Translations under genes and position numbers: made by a program
Shown here: positions 8,910-18,534 of the stretch, piece after piece
Layout of the letters: every line of letters begins with the position of its first letter
How positions within the stretch are numbered: the stretch's first letter is position 1
NCBI GenBank assembly: GCA_020348985.1
Contig: CP070761.1
Location: forward strand, 1,011,713 to 1,075,712
Direction: 5' to 3'
Length of the DNA: 64,000 nt
DNA from: Candidatus Thorarchaeota archaeon
GTDB taxonomy: Archaea > Asgardarchaeota > Thorarchaeia > Thorarchaeales > Thorarchaeaceae
The notes under the pieces: model-generated
What the model was told of the DNA's origin: nothing
Seen by the model: the letters and a program-made list of their open reading frames with translations, nothing else
Databases searched by the model: none

Positions 8910-9941
8910 TTGATGGGTGTGTTAAAAGTGAGAAAAGAGATAGCCATCGTAGTTCTGGTTTCATTCGCATTGCTAGCTTTGACCAGTACTGCAGCGGCGC
9001 ATGTCCCAATTGGCATAGGCACAGGAGATACGCTCGATGATGCGGTTGAGATTCCTGACGCCACAAAATCCTGGGTAATCTACTCTGAAGTGCATGAGGC
9101 AAGTGAAGGCCATTACTATAGATTTCACATGCATCAAGGAGAACGTATTCGATTCACACTCATGATTCCGAACTATATGTCTGATACTGGATTTGCACCC
9201 GGAGCAGTCTTGATGGGACCGGGCTTGGTCAACCAAGGTGTCGCGCCCTCCTATGTTGAAGTAGCCAACGGCACCGGAGTCATTGTTATAGAAGGTGTTG
9301 ATCCAGAGCACGCCGAGTATGAAGGTTTCACTCCCAGCACCTTCAGAGTTGTGGTAGATGTTAACATTATTGCTCCTGAAAGCGGGGAGTATTACTTAGT
9401 GGTACATGATGCTGACATGGGAGGCCCTTTTGGCATGGCAATTGGCTACGTGGAGTCGTTCACACTTGATGAGTGGATACTAGTTCCTGTCAACGTCATA
9501 GGGATATACCTTTGGCAAGGACAGAGTCTTGCTATTGTCTTTGCTCCTATGCTTGCCACAGTCATCGTGGGACTCTGGGTGGTCGCGACAAAGAAGAATG
9601 AAGATTTGAAAGATGGAGGGCTGACAAGCTGGCTCGGCTTGCTGGCAGGCGTGCTATTCTTGGGTAGTGCGGCTTCATTCGGATTTCAGATTGTCTATTC
9701 AGCTCTGCAATCAGCAGCTTCGGCACAGATCTTGATCTCCGTGCTCTTTGCACTGATTCCAGCGATACTCGGACTGATGACGATTCGAATAGTTCTTGAC
9801 GGAGAAGCATTTCAGAAGAAATCGGGTCAAATCAAGCTAGTAGGAATCGGGATTCTCTCTCTATTCGGTTGGGCAGGACTTCTAATTGGACCTGTCCTCG
9901 CAGTTGCGGCTGGTTCCATCAAATACGCCAACACGCGCTAG
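8910..9941 (+). CDS. Hypothetical membrane protein (signal peptide, extracellular beta domain, 4-5 C-terminal TM)
   Basis: Hydrophobic N-terminus ending AAA-H; C-terminal hydrophobic helices. Confidence 0.75.
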   Translation: MMGVLKVRKEIAIVVLVSFALLALTSTAAAHVPIGIGTGDTLDDAVEIPDATKSWVIYSEVHEASEGHYYRFHMHQGERIRFTLMIPNYMSDTGFAPGAVLMGPGLVNQGVAPSYVEVANGTGVIVIEGVDPEHAEYEGFTPSTFRVVVDVNIIAPESGEYYLVVHDADMGGPFGMAIGYVESFTLDEWILVPVNVIGIYLWQGQSLAIVFAPMLATVIVGLWVVATKKNEDLKDGGLTSWLGLLAGVLFLGSAASFGFQIVYSALQSAASAQILISVLFALIPAILGLMTIRIVLDGEAFQKKSGQIKLVGIGILSLFGWAGLLIGPVLAVAAGSIKYANTR

Positions 9942-10037
9942 AAGAGGATTTTCAGCATCTCCAATATCCTAGAAAACCTTTACTGGGACAACATCGACTA
10001 CTCTAATGATTGAATCAATCGTTAGGGTGGTCATGCA

Positions 10038-11237
10038 TTGAGAGTATGCAAGTGTGGAAAAGCGAACAACCCGACACGGAAATTCTGTGTTCGGTGTGGC
10101 GCGAATCTCATTACTCAAGCCATGGAGGAAGAACCAGCGAAGGAAGCTGTGGCTCCTGTTAAGGCAGAAACAACCCCACCTGCAGCAGAGGTGGCTACGA
10201 CTGCACCTAGGACACCCCCGGCTGAATCCGCACCCGAAAGAATGGTTCGACCAAGTGAAGTCAATCAAGATAGAATGAGGAGAACGGAACCCAAAGTCAA
10301 GTCAGAATTGGAAAAGGCAAGGGAGGCCTTTGCTAGGGCAGAAGAGGTAGGTATAGAAGAAGGAGGAGAGGGTATCGTCGAATCCAGAATGCTCCGGGCT
10401 AGTGAAGTGCGGGAGCTCCTGGAGAAGGCAGAGGATTTCGCAGTCCAAGTGGAACCTCCTGTGCCGGAAGCACCATCAGAAGGAGTAACAACGCCTGCAG
10501 CACCAGCGGTACCTACATCTAGAGATCTTGAGGAGAGCATTCTTGGTTCAAAGTCTGTACTCGTGGAACATGATGAACCTGTTGTGGAAGCCGCACCTGA
10601 ACCAGAGCCATATGTTGAACCAATTGTGCAACCAGAACCCGCTGCAGCACCACCTCCCGAACCTGCTGCTCCAGTGACACCTGTGGAGTCTAGGCCTGAA
10701 CCAATTGTCGAAGCGGCAGCTCCACCACCTAAGCCCGAACCTGTCGTTGAAGTTGCTCCGGCAAAAGCTCCGACTACCGAGGCGGTCCCAGCAGTTGTGC
10801 CGGAGGTCAGTGAGATTGAGATGAAGATTCTTGACACTGACTATCTAAATGACAAGAAGATCAACGGCTCTTTGACAGATTTGAGGCATCTCTACACGGA
10901 GTTGAAACATGTCCAATCCGAATTGGAGGATGTTACTACTCGTCAGGACGAAATAGTTCAGCAGTACCGCAACGATATGGAAGTCAAGAGAGTACGCTAC
11001 GAGGGTCTGAGAGAGCAGACCCTGGCGGCCAAGGACGAGTGGAAAGACGCAGAGAAAGAACTCGAGCTATCTGACAAGCGGAGAACGAAGGAGATCTTGA
11101 GCAGGCGGAAGCGCCTGGAGAAGATCGATTCCGGCATAAAGAAGGGTAAATCCACGATCGAGAAGCGGGTCCGTGACCTTGACAAGGAGAAAGAGAAACG
11201 CGCGGAGAAGGCAAAGAAGCTAGCCGAAAAGAAGTAA
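10038..11237 (+). CDS. Zinc-ribbon / Pro-Ala-Glu-rich linker / coiled-coil protein
   Basis: CKCG-x9-CVRCG; EPEP/APPP-rich middle; heptad- and K/E/R-rich C-terminus. Confidence 0.8.
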   Translation: MRVCKCGKANNPTRKFCVRCGANLITQAMEEEPAKEAVAPVKAETTPPAAEVATTAPRTPPAESAPERMVRPSEVNQDRMRRTEPKVKSELEKAREAFARAEEVGIEEGGEGIVESRMLRASEVRELLEKAEDFAVQVEPPVPEAPSEGVTTPAAPAVPTSRDLEESILGSKSVLVEHDEPVVEAAPEPEPYVEPIVQPEPAAAPPPEPAAPVTPVESRPEPIVEAAAPPPKPEPVVEVAPAKAPTTEAVPAVVPEVSEIEMKILDTDYLNDKKINGSLTDLRHLYTELKHVQSELEDVTTRQDEIVQQYRNDMEVKRVRYEGLREQTLAAKDEWKDAEKELELSDKRRTKEILSRRKRLEKIDSGIKKGKSTIEKRVRDLDKEKEKRAEKAKKLAEKK

Positions 11238-11280
11238 TGGACCCATCGTCCCATACAAATCTTGCTGGAGGGCAGTTCTA

Positions 11281-11664
11281 GTGGCGCTCACAGAAACAGT
11301 AGTGACTATTGCACTCGCCATGATTACGATGGTCGTCTCGATTGTCGTGGGCCATGTTCTTGGTCGTGGTCGAGGCACAGGGTGCCTCCTTTCGCTTCTA
11401 ACAGGCGGCTTGGTTCTGCCAGTAATCTTCAGCATTGTACTTGTTCAGCTCACTCCATATATGATTGTACTTGACTGGCCTACTGGAAGTCCGTTTCTAT
11501 TGCCACCACCCTTCGCAATCTGGATGGGCGGAATCATAGGCGGGATTCTAGGATGGAAGACCTCGGACTTATGGAATCAGGATGAGGACACTAGCTGCCT
11601 ATACTGCACTTTGGTTCCTGTTCTATTGGTGACTGCCGTCTCCTTGATTGCTTTGCTACTGTGA
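11281..11664 (+). CDS. Small hypothetical membrane protein (4 TM)
   Basis: GGAGGG RBS, GTG start, hydrophobic. Confidence 0.65.
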   Translation: MALTETVVTIALAMITMVVSIVVGHVLGRGRGTGCLLSLLTGGLVLPVIFSIVLVQLTPYMIVLDWPTGSPFLLPPPFAIWMGGIIGGILGWKTSDLWNQDEDTSCLYCTLVPVLLVTAVSLIALLL

Positions 11665-11728
11665 AAATGATAGGAAAAAGGAGATTTCGAAGGCAGGCCT
11701 TGCAGCCCACCTTCTGAAACTATGGCGT

Positions 11729-12868
11729 CTAAATGCACCTGTGGATGACTTCTGGTCCTGCCTCTTCGAACTCCTTTCGAGTGACCCACATCTTCTGGAA
11801 TGTCTTGAGTGAAGCAAGAATGCTTCCGCCAATCCAGACAGAATATTGTCTCTCGGGTGGAGCAATGATTCGGACCTCGACGTTCTCAGGTACGAGCTCA
11901 GTGATCTCCTTGTGGAGTCGCTCCTTGAGACCTGGGAACATGGTTGACCCGCCCGACAGTACGACGTTTGCGTACAGGTCACGTCGCAGGTCGACGTCAC
12001 AGTCCTTGATAGACTGGACAATGTGCTCATCCAGTGGTTGGGTATCAAGCCCAATTCCACTTGGGTTGAAGAACAACTCGGGTGCTTGGAACCTCTCCGC
12101 ACCAACTGTGATTACCTCACCGTCAGGTAGCATGTAGGGTTTATCAACACCAGCCTTGTCAGCGACAGTCCTTTCCCTCTCGGGATCGAGAGCCACGTAA
12201 CATAGCTTCTCCTTGATGTCTCTTACTATCTCCTTTTCAGCACCGCTCACGAAAGTTCTACCTCTCTGCCTGAGCAGCCTGCGGAGATACTCGGTAATGT
12301 CTCTTCCAGCCAAATCGATTCTTCGGATGGCGTGTGTAATTGCAAAGCCCTCATAGATTGGGACTATGTGGGTAACACCATCACCAGAGTCGATGACTAG
12401 ACCGGTTGTTCTTCCAGACGCATACAGTGAGAGCACTGCCTGTGTTGCAACGTACACAGCTGGTACATTGAACTGGTCAAACATGACAGATGCCATGCGC
12501 TCTCTGTTTTCTCGTGGGTTGAATGGCGCCTCGGTTAGCAAGACTGGGTTCTCGCTCGGGTCAACTTTGAGATCGTTATAGAACGTATACGACCAAATCT
12601 TCTCGATAGCATCCCAGTCGTCGATGACACCATGTGTGATTGGGTAGACCAGTCGTAGGACACCTCGGAGGTTGATTGCTTCTTCTCCAATGTAGTAGTC
12701 CCTTGTGTAGTGGTCCACGTCGGTCATGATGGATTCATATCTAGGATATCCTATCAGGGTCGGCCATACGCTTCGCGGCTGATCTTCGCCAGCGTAACCA
12801 TTCTTGCTGAGACCGGTACCGTTGTCGATAACAACGGGCTTTGCGCCAAGAAATTCGTCTTCAGCCAT
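11729..12868 (-). CDS. Asgard actin (eukaryote-like actin)
   Basis: [88 protein letters not shown]. Confidence 0.97.
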   Translation of the reverse strand: MAEDEFLGAKPVVIDNGTGLSKNGYAGEDQPRSVWPTLIGYPRYESIMTDVDHYTRDYYIGEEAINLRGVLRLVYPITHGVIDDWDAIEKIWSYTFYNDLKVDPSENPVLLTEAPFNPRENRERMASVMFDQFNVPAVYVATQAVLSLYASGRTTGLVIDSGDGVTHIVPIYEGFAITHAIRRIDLAGRDITEYLRRLLRQRGRTFVSGAEKEIVRDIKEKLCYVALDPERERTVADKAGVDKPYMLPDGEVITVGAERFQAPELFFNPSGIGLDTQPLDEHIVQSIKDCDVDLRRDLYANVVLSGGSTMFPGLKERLHKEITELVPENVEVRIIAPPERQYSVWIGGSILASLKTFQKMWVTRKEFEEAGPEVIHRCI

Positions 12869-13187
12869 TTTCTATCGGTCCTCATTTTCTTTCAGAAATC
12901 TAAATCCCTGCGCTGAGCTTTAAGAGCTCTATGCTGGCAGAATATGGCTTCCCCACGTATTTAAGCGTTATTTGGATACTGACAGATAGATTAGAGATAT
13001 ATCTAACATATGTAGGTCGAGTAGGTTGGCGAATTATGCCCTGAAATCTTCATAGACAGCATTTCCGCACTCGACTATGCTGTGGAAGAAAATGAACTGC
13101 TATCATGAACAAGTATGAAATTCTCACCACTGTTCCGTGCACACACTATGCAGAAGATGATTATATATAGTTCGTATATGTGTCTAA

Positions 13188-13988
13188 ATGATGAGCGTAA
13201 TGTTCTGGACTACTCCTGATGAAGTCATAAGAAGAGAAATCGAGAGCGTCCGTGCCCGTCGAATGATACTTGACCAGCTTGAGGGAGGTCCGAAGACTGG
13301 GTCTGAGCTTCGAGAGAGCATTCGAAAGGACATGGCTGCCCAAGCTGCAAGGAAAGGCGGACGGAGGTTCAAACCGGACAAGATCAAGGTGACAGATCCC
13401 AAGCTCTACTTCAATACGAAACACTTGGAAGACATTGGGATAGTCATGAGTCAAAAAGAGTCGCAACAGAGAGTCTTCAGTCTAGCTCCAAAGGCAGTCC
13501 ATCCAGTCCGCCGCGTCATTGGAGTGACTAGACCCAACCTTCTTCTGACATCCATGGCACGTCCAGAAGACCAGAGGCCATTTGTTGCATGGGTCTCTAG
13601 TGAGAGACGATTCAGGGCGAAAGCAGTCAAGATATTCGTCGAGGCTGAGCGGTTCTCCAGAGGGGTCTCAAGAAACCTGGAGAAGTTTGTCCCAGAGGGC
13701 TCCAGAACCAGATGGAAAGCAGATTGGTATGATCTTCCTATCGAAGTCGCTGGTGACAATGAGAGTGGAGTGAGAGGAGATCTCATAGCAACCTATGACG
13801 AGATTGAAGAAGCTGTTAAGGAAGACGTTGGAGAGTTTGACATAGTTGTGGACTTGTCCAGGGGCCCGCCCACAATCAACATAGCCCTGATGCTAGTGGC
13901 CATGGAATACTCGCTGATGGCGATTCATGCATCAGCCTACGAGGGAGAAAAAACAGACCTCACACAGATTCTACCAAGGGGTGAGTGA
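13188..13988 (+). CDS. Winged-HTH fused to a C-terminal CARF-like Rossmann domain
   Basis: RRMILDQLEGGPKTGSEL..LYFNTKHLEDIGIV (wHTH); LLLTSM and DLIATYDEI..IVVDLSRGPPTINIAL (CARF motifs); TATA TTATATAT at 13161, probably leaderless. Confidence 0.65.
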   Translation: MMSVMFWTTPDEVIRREIESVRARRMILDQLEGGPKTGSELRESIRKDMAAQAARKGGRRFKPDKIKVTDPKLYFNTKHLEDIGIVMSQKESQQRVFSLAPKAVHPVRRVIGVTRPNLLLTSMARPEDQRPFVAWVSSERRFRAKAVKIFVEAERFSRGVSRNLEKFVPEGSRTRWKADWYDLPIEVAGDNESGVRGDLIATYDEIEEAVKEDVGEFDIVVDLSRGPPTINIALMLVAMEYSLMAIHASAYEGEKTDLTQILPRGE

Positions 13989-14697
13989 CCTGAACACAAG
14001 GCGAGCCTCTGATCTTGAGTGGGTTCCATTTGGGCTCACAGAGAAGCTTGAGACACTGACAACGGCAGTCATAGAATCTCAGAGAGAGGCCCCTTCACAG
14101 AATACACGACTGGTCTCGAAGCTGATGAAATGGTCTAAGCAGCTGGAGTACATTCGCTTAGCAGTCGATAAGATTACCCATGATTTGCAACCAGAAGTTC
14201 AGAATGCTCTTGGCTTGATTATTGAAGAGACCGAGCTATTTCAAATAATCATGTTTCAGCCCAGCACGAAGAATCTGTTTCTGGAAATCAAGGCTCACTA
14301 TCTGGCCGAGTCAGAACTGCCATTGACCGAGAGACAGATGGAGTTCCTTATTTCAACAAGTGAACTGTCCAGGGTCATTGCCCTTGTTGGGGATGGTGCA
14401 ATATCCATGGCAGTACTTCATCAGCTTTGGAGCCCCGAATCTGATGAAGTTGGGACCATGACTGAAAGAAGGGCAGGCGTTGTGAGCAATGAGAATCTTG
14501 CCAGGGTATGTGATAGATGGAATCTGTATGAACATAGAATCCACTTCGATCCTCCAACGCCCACCAAATCCGAGATTGAACATATCAAAGGGACACTTGT
14601 GGAAGCCGTTTATGGGATCATATACATAGAAAGAGGGCTTGATGGAGTGAAGGACAGCATTCGTCATCTCAAAATGGCCAGCAATGATGTTGACTAG
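13981..14697 (+). CDS. Ribonuclease III domain protein lacking a dsRBD (Mini-III-like)
   Basis: IALVGDGAI, RAGVVSNENLA, GTLVEAVYGIIY; GTG 13981 overlaps the end of the upstream gene. Confidence 0.8.
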   Translation: MSDLNTRRASDLEWVPFGLTEKLETLTTAVIESQREAPSQNTRLVSKLMKWSKQLEYIRLAVDKITHDLQPEVQNALGLIIEETELFQIIMFQPSTKNLFLEIKAHYLAESELPLTERQMEFLISTSELSRVIALVGDGAISMAVLHQLWSPESDEVGTMTERRAGVVSNENLARVCDRWNLYEHRIHFDPPTPTKSEIEHIKGTLVEAVYGIIYIERGLDGVKDSIRHLKMASNDVD

Positions 14698-16205
14698 TAA
14701 TCAATGAGGTCATACTCATTTTCACGATAATTCGGCTTTCTTTCAAGTGGGAATATCTTGTCAAACTTCTCACGAACATTGTCATAGTGTTTACGATCAG
14801 CATATACCCTAACTGATGGAATTGTAAGCCGCTGCTGTTTTAGAATTTGCATTAGAGGCCTGCCTTCGTCAGTCTGTTCTAGACTTACCAGATCGAGACC
14901 AGTTTCACCACCAACCAAGACCGGAATCTCACTCAGAAACCGTTCTCCAAGCTCTGGGTTGACAATGTCGATGACACAGCTACCGGGGTCATCAACTAGC
15001 TCCAGCTCAGCTTCGAGCAGGTTCTCTATGTTTTCTTCCATATCCATTAGACGTCCCTTTGCATCTGAATCGAATGCGGCGAGGGGTCTGGAAAGAACCA
15101 CCTTGAATAGTCGGCGATAGCGGATTCTAGCCGCATATTCCCGAACAAAGTCTATCTCTGACTTCTCAAGCCATCTGAATAGGTCTCCATCGGTCATTCT
15201 TGTGAATAGCCCAATGCATTCACTCTTCGAGAGTCCTTCTTCTCTCAATCTGAAATACGTGGCCTTTGACACGAGTGCCTCTGCCAACCTGACGGCATGA
15301 TGAAGATAGAGATCAGAGAACATCCAATTCCGGCTAAGGATGAGTGCCTCCAAAGAATGAAGTGCCTTCAGCATGAATGCTCTTACAAATCGTCCTTCCT
15401 CGTTGCGGGCCACTCTGTTTGTCAGGAGGACTCTCTCAGCTGGAAAGACTCCGAGCTGAACTCCGCTGAAGTGGGCGTCCCTGATTAGATAGTCGGTCTT
15501 ATCTATGTCGAGAGGACTATCAAGAAAGTCTGACATTAGAGAAAGAACAGCGTCAGAAGTCCTACGCCGTAGAATATCAACGACTGTCTTACCTTCAATG
15601 CCGTTTCTCTCGAGCGTGTCAGTGAGATCGCTGTGAAGAATCAGAAACTCTCCCAGATCTGAATGATCTAGACCCACCCACATTCTCAGGGAGAACTCGA
15701 TGGTATGGGAAGTGGGCGGGTGACCCACATCATGAAGCAGGGCTGCGGTTCGGAAGATCTTCTGCTGATACTCATCCAACAACTCTGTCAGAGGAACAAA
15801 ACAGGGTTTTGAGAGATCTTCGCAGTAGTTCACTACCTTGATACATTTCTGGGCCAAGTAGTTGGTCCCTAGGCAGTGTTGGAATCGTGTGTGAGTTGCA
15901 CCCGGATAGACTATGTGTGCAGGCCCAAGTTGGCGGACGTACCTGAGTCGAAGCATCTCCCAACCTGAGATAACGTCAAGTTCCCAAGGTTCTAGGAGAA
16001 TGGCACCATGCACTGGATCTTGTACTGCTTTCTGTCGAGTATGCTTCTCGGCCATAGAAATGAAATGCTCGTGAGCTTGAGTGATGCTCTCGACTCTTGT
16101 CCATTGGCCATTCTTCTCTTTCCTGGCCTGAGTCAACTCATGCTCTCTCATTCCGGTCAGACGAATCAGACGGACGATATCCAGGTCAACATCTTCACTT
16201 GACAA
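14694..16205 (-). CDS. HD-domain phosphohydrolase (SAMHD1/dNTPase-like family)
   Basis: DPVHG, RLRYVRQLG..VYPGATHTRFQH, LLHDVGH.P.SH, DIDKTDYLIRD, LYLHH. Confidence 0.9.
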   Translation of the reverse strand: MSSEDVDLDIVRLIRLTGMREHELTQARKEKNGQWTRVESITQAHEHFISMAEKHTRQKAVQDPVHGAILLEPWELDVISGWEMLRLRYVRQLGPAHIVYPGATHTRFQHCLGTNYLAQKCIKVVNYCEDLSKPCFVPLTELLDEYQQKIFRTAALLHDVGHPPTSHTIEFSLRMWVGLDHSDLGEFLILHSDLTDTLERNGIEGKTVVDILRRRTSDAVLSLMSDFLDSPLDIDKTDYLIRDAHFSGVQLGVFPAERVLLTNRVARNEEGRFVRAFMLKALHSLEALILSRNWMFSDLYLHHAVRLAEALVSKATYFRLREEGLSKSECIGLFTRMTDGDLFRWLEKSEIDFVREYAARIRYRRLFKVVLSRPLAAFDSDAKGRLMDMEENIENLLEAELELVDDPGSCVIDIVNPELGERFLSEIPVLVGGETGLDLVSLEQTDEGRPLMQILKQQRLTIPSVRVYADRKHYDNVREKFDKIFPLERKPNYRENEYDLIDY

Positions 16206-16281
16206 GGCTTGAACCTGATTTCAGGAGGTGAGTCTGTTCCTTAAGAAGGCTAGGCATAGGTGAACGGTGATTCATTCTCCT

Positions 16282-16908
16282 TCATCTTGATTGCTTGACC
16301 TTCTCACGTGCCTTGATGTACTCCAGTGTGTAGTCCTTCTCCATTGCTCTGCAATACTCATCTTCGCTACAGTAGCCCCATCTTCTCATAGCCCGACAAC
16401 CAGGGGCTCTTCGTATCTTGTAGAACGGCGGATGTATCAAATTCGCCTTCACGAGATAGTCAGCGACGTTCTTGATACTCTTCTTCCTGAACGCTGATCT
16501 AATACATGGTGGTGCTCTTCTTACTAGCTTCCACTCAACCACATCAAAGAGGCGGAACCAGAGAAGACATTCTTTGGCGACATAGAGTGAACTACATCTC
16601 GGGCAATGACCATGGTGAATAGACACCTCGCAGAACTCATCACGTGTCTCTATAGTTAAGCCAGATTGACGCAGCAGATGGAATTTGATCTGAACGAAAT
16701 GTTCAGGCGTAAAGGAGCCCATTTCAGAAATGAATAAGCGTAGTTCTTCCGCCAGCTCATTGGCAGTGCAATTCCAGCTCTCCTCACTCAAACTGGGTGG
16801 ATTATCATTGGCCATTTTCGAAAGTACGTGTACTGAAGGAGTCTTAAGTTCATCAGTCGGACACAGGCTCCGTGGATTCAGAAGCTCTAGCGGTGTCGAG
16901 CTGAACAA
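16282..16908 (-). CDS. Hypothetical protein with a primase large subunit (PriL) C-terminal Fe-S-like Cys pattern
   Basis: PPC...PGC..M...GYC....YC......LEY. Confidence 0.5.
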   Translation of the reverse strand: MFSSTPLELLNPRSLCPTDELKTPSVHVLSKMANDNPPSLSEESWNCTANELAEELRLFISEMGSFTPEHFVQIKFHLLRQSGLTIETRDEFCEVSIHHGHCPRCSSLYVAKECLLWFRLFDVVEWKLVRRAPPCIRSAFRKKSIKNVADYLVKANLIHPPFYKIRRAPGCRAMRRWGYCSEDEYCRAMEKDYTLEYIKAREKVKQSR

Positions 16909-16971
16909 CTCTTAAATTGTGCACAAACCGTCATCGCATCAGAGTCCACTTTTGGCTAGTGAGGTCATTGA

Positions 16972-17988
16972 TTGATGCATGATTTGGAAGTCACCTCGGA
17001 GATCGCACTCAAAGAGGCCATCATGTCAATCGAAATCAGTTCACTCAGTGATGATGACAACGAGAAACTCGTCCTCACTACAATCAACGGAGATGTCAGG
17101 GTCTATGACTATGTGTCAGGTGACAAGAATCCGTTGCAGGAGGTTTGTGTTACTAGCGGCTTTCCTCCAGTGTCAACACTGGCGCTTGGAGATGTGACTG
17201 GAAACGGAGTCACTGACTTCATTCTAGGGTGTATGGACAACACAATGAGGACTGTTGTGTTGTCTGAGGGTGAGCTTGAGGAGATATCTTCAACACCTCT
17301 TGGAGGTCTGCCTACAGCTATATGTGCTCTGAATGTTCTTGATGATGACGCAGCTGAAGTTGTGGTTGCCTCTAATGATGGTGCACTGAGATGCTATCAG
17401 TGGTTTGATGTGGTTCTTGATAAACTGGCACACAAGGTGTTAGAACATCCGGTTTTCTCGATCCGACCATTGTCAACGAGAGGAGTCTCATACAGTAGGT
17501 TTGTCTTCGGAGACGAATCTGGTAATCTCTACGTCTATCAATATGCAGACGACCGACTTCATGAGCGTACCAGGGTGAAACTACAAGGAGACGTAAACCT
17601 TGTCGCAACCGGCAATATTCTAGACGATCGCAACGATGAGATTCTCACTGTGTCAGACGGAAGGCGGCTAACTCTCCTGACGCTTGATCAGGGTGGAATC
17701 TCCGTTCTGGACAGAATCAGGGCACCAAGCCCAATCACATCAGTTCGTCTTGGAGTTCTTCAATCTGACGAATCATCAGAAGGTCTGATCATATCATGTC
17801 AAGGCAACTCCAAGGTGACTATCTTCTCCTTTGAGGAAAACCAAATGAAAGAGCAGGCTTCGATTAAGACGGCCAAGAAGTCTGTTGAGGCCCAGATAGC
17901 TATGGGCGACTTGAGTGGTGATGGATCGGCAGAGATTGTACAGGCTGTACGGAACTCGATTTACGTAATGTCGCTGGTTGAAGAGTAG
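16972..17988 (+). CDS. Cytoplasmic FG-GAP-like beta-propeller protein
   Basis: Repeats LGDVTGNGVTDF, LNVLDDDAAEV, GNILDDRNDEI, MGDLSGDGSAEI; no signal peptide. Confidence 0.7.
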   Translation: MMHDLEVTSEIALKEAIMSIEISSLSDDDNEKLVLTTINGDVRVYDYVSGDKNPLQEVCVTSGFPPVSTLALGDVTGNGVTDFILGCMDNTMRTVVLSEGELEEISSTPLGGLPTAICALNVLDDDAAEVVVASNDGALRCYQWFDVVLDKLAHKVLEHPVFSIRPLSTRGVSYSRFVFGDESGNLYVYQYADDRLHERTRVKLQGDVNLVATGNILDDRNDEILTVSDGRRLTLLTLDQGGISVLDRIRAPSPITSVRLGVLQSDESSEGLIISCQGNSKVTIFSFEENQMKEQASIKTAKKSVEAQIAMGDLSGDGSAEIVQAVRNSIYVMSLVEE

Positions 17989-17994
17989 CTTCTG

Positions 17995-18417
17995 TTAACA
18001 TAGATCGGGCATGTAGAGCTCATTAGGTTCAGCAACCCTAATAGTCTTGACCGGAATCTTCGAAGTGATCTCCGGGATTACCTTACCCTCAATCCATTCT
18101 CTGACATTCTTGCGAGCCTCATCGATTGTTTCCCCCTCAGCATTCATATCGAATCTGACAAATAGCTGGTACGGTTCGCGGTCTGTTGTATCTCTCTTGA
18201 TCATCGCCCAGAAAGCTTTGGACCCCGCAGGTACATCAATCCGACCAAGGATCTCCAACCATGATTTGTCCTCAAGTTTCTTGGTCACCATGGCCAAGTC
18301 CTTGAGCTCAGTTAGCATCTTTAAAGCATCCAAGACCTTCGGACCATCAGATCGAAGGTCGAGTTGCTCGAACTCAGCAACTAGATAGTGATCAGCTCGA
18401 AAGATTGCCATGGGCAT
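17995..18417 (-). CDS. Hypothetical protein
   Basis: Protein-like ORF; probable start MPMAIF at 18417. Confidence 0.6.
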   Translation of the reverse strand: MPMAIFRADHYLVAEFEQLDLRSDGPKVLDALKMLTELKDLAMVTKKLEDKSWLEILGRIDVPAGSKAFWAMIKRDTTDREPYQLFVRFDMNAEGETIDEARKNVREWIEGKVIPEITSKIPVKTIRVAEPNELYMPDLC

Positions 18418-18534
18418 CAGACTCCATTCGATGATATTTGCGCCCCTTTGACTTGGACTCTTAAGGTTAGTGGTCATCAGACTGCCGAAGAATGAGCTGT
18501 CTGACGAAGCTCCAGAGCCATGTCACGATGAGGA

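Noticed and set aside
10265-10837. 190-aa Gly/Ser/Ala-rich antisense ORF and the many other shadow ORFs in the track
   Set aside because: Antisense or out-of-frame by-products of well-supported genes
13188-16205. CRISPR-Cas locus suggested by the CARF and HD domains
   Set aside because: No repeat-spacer array or cas genes seen; the HD protein is of the SAMHD1-like type, not Cas3
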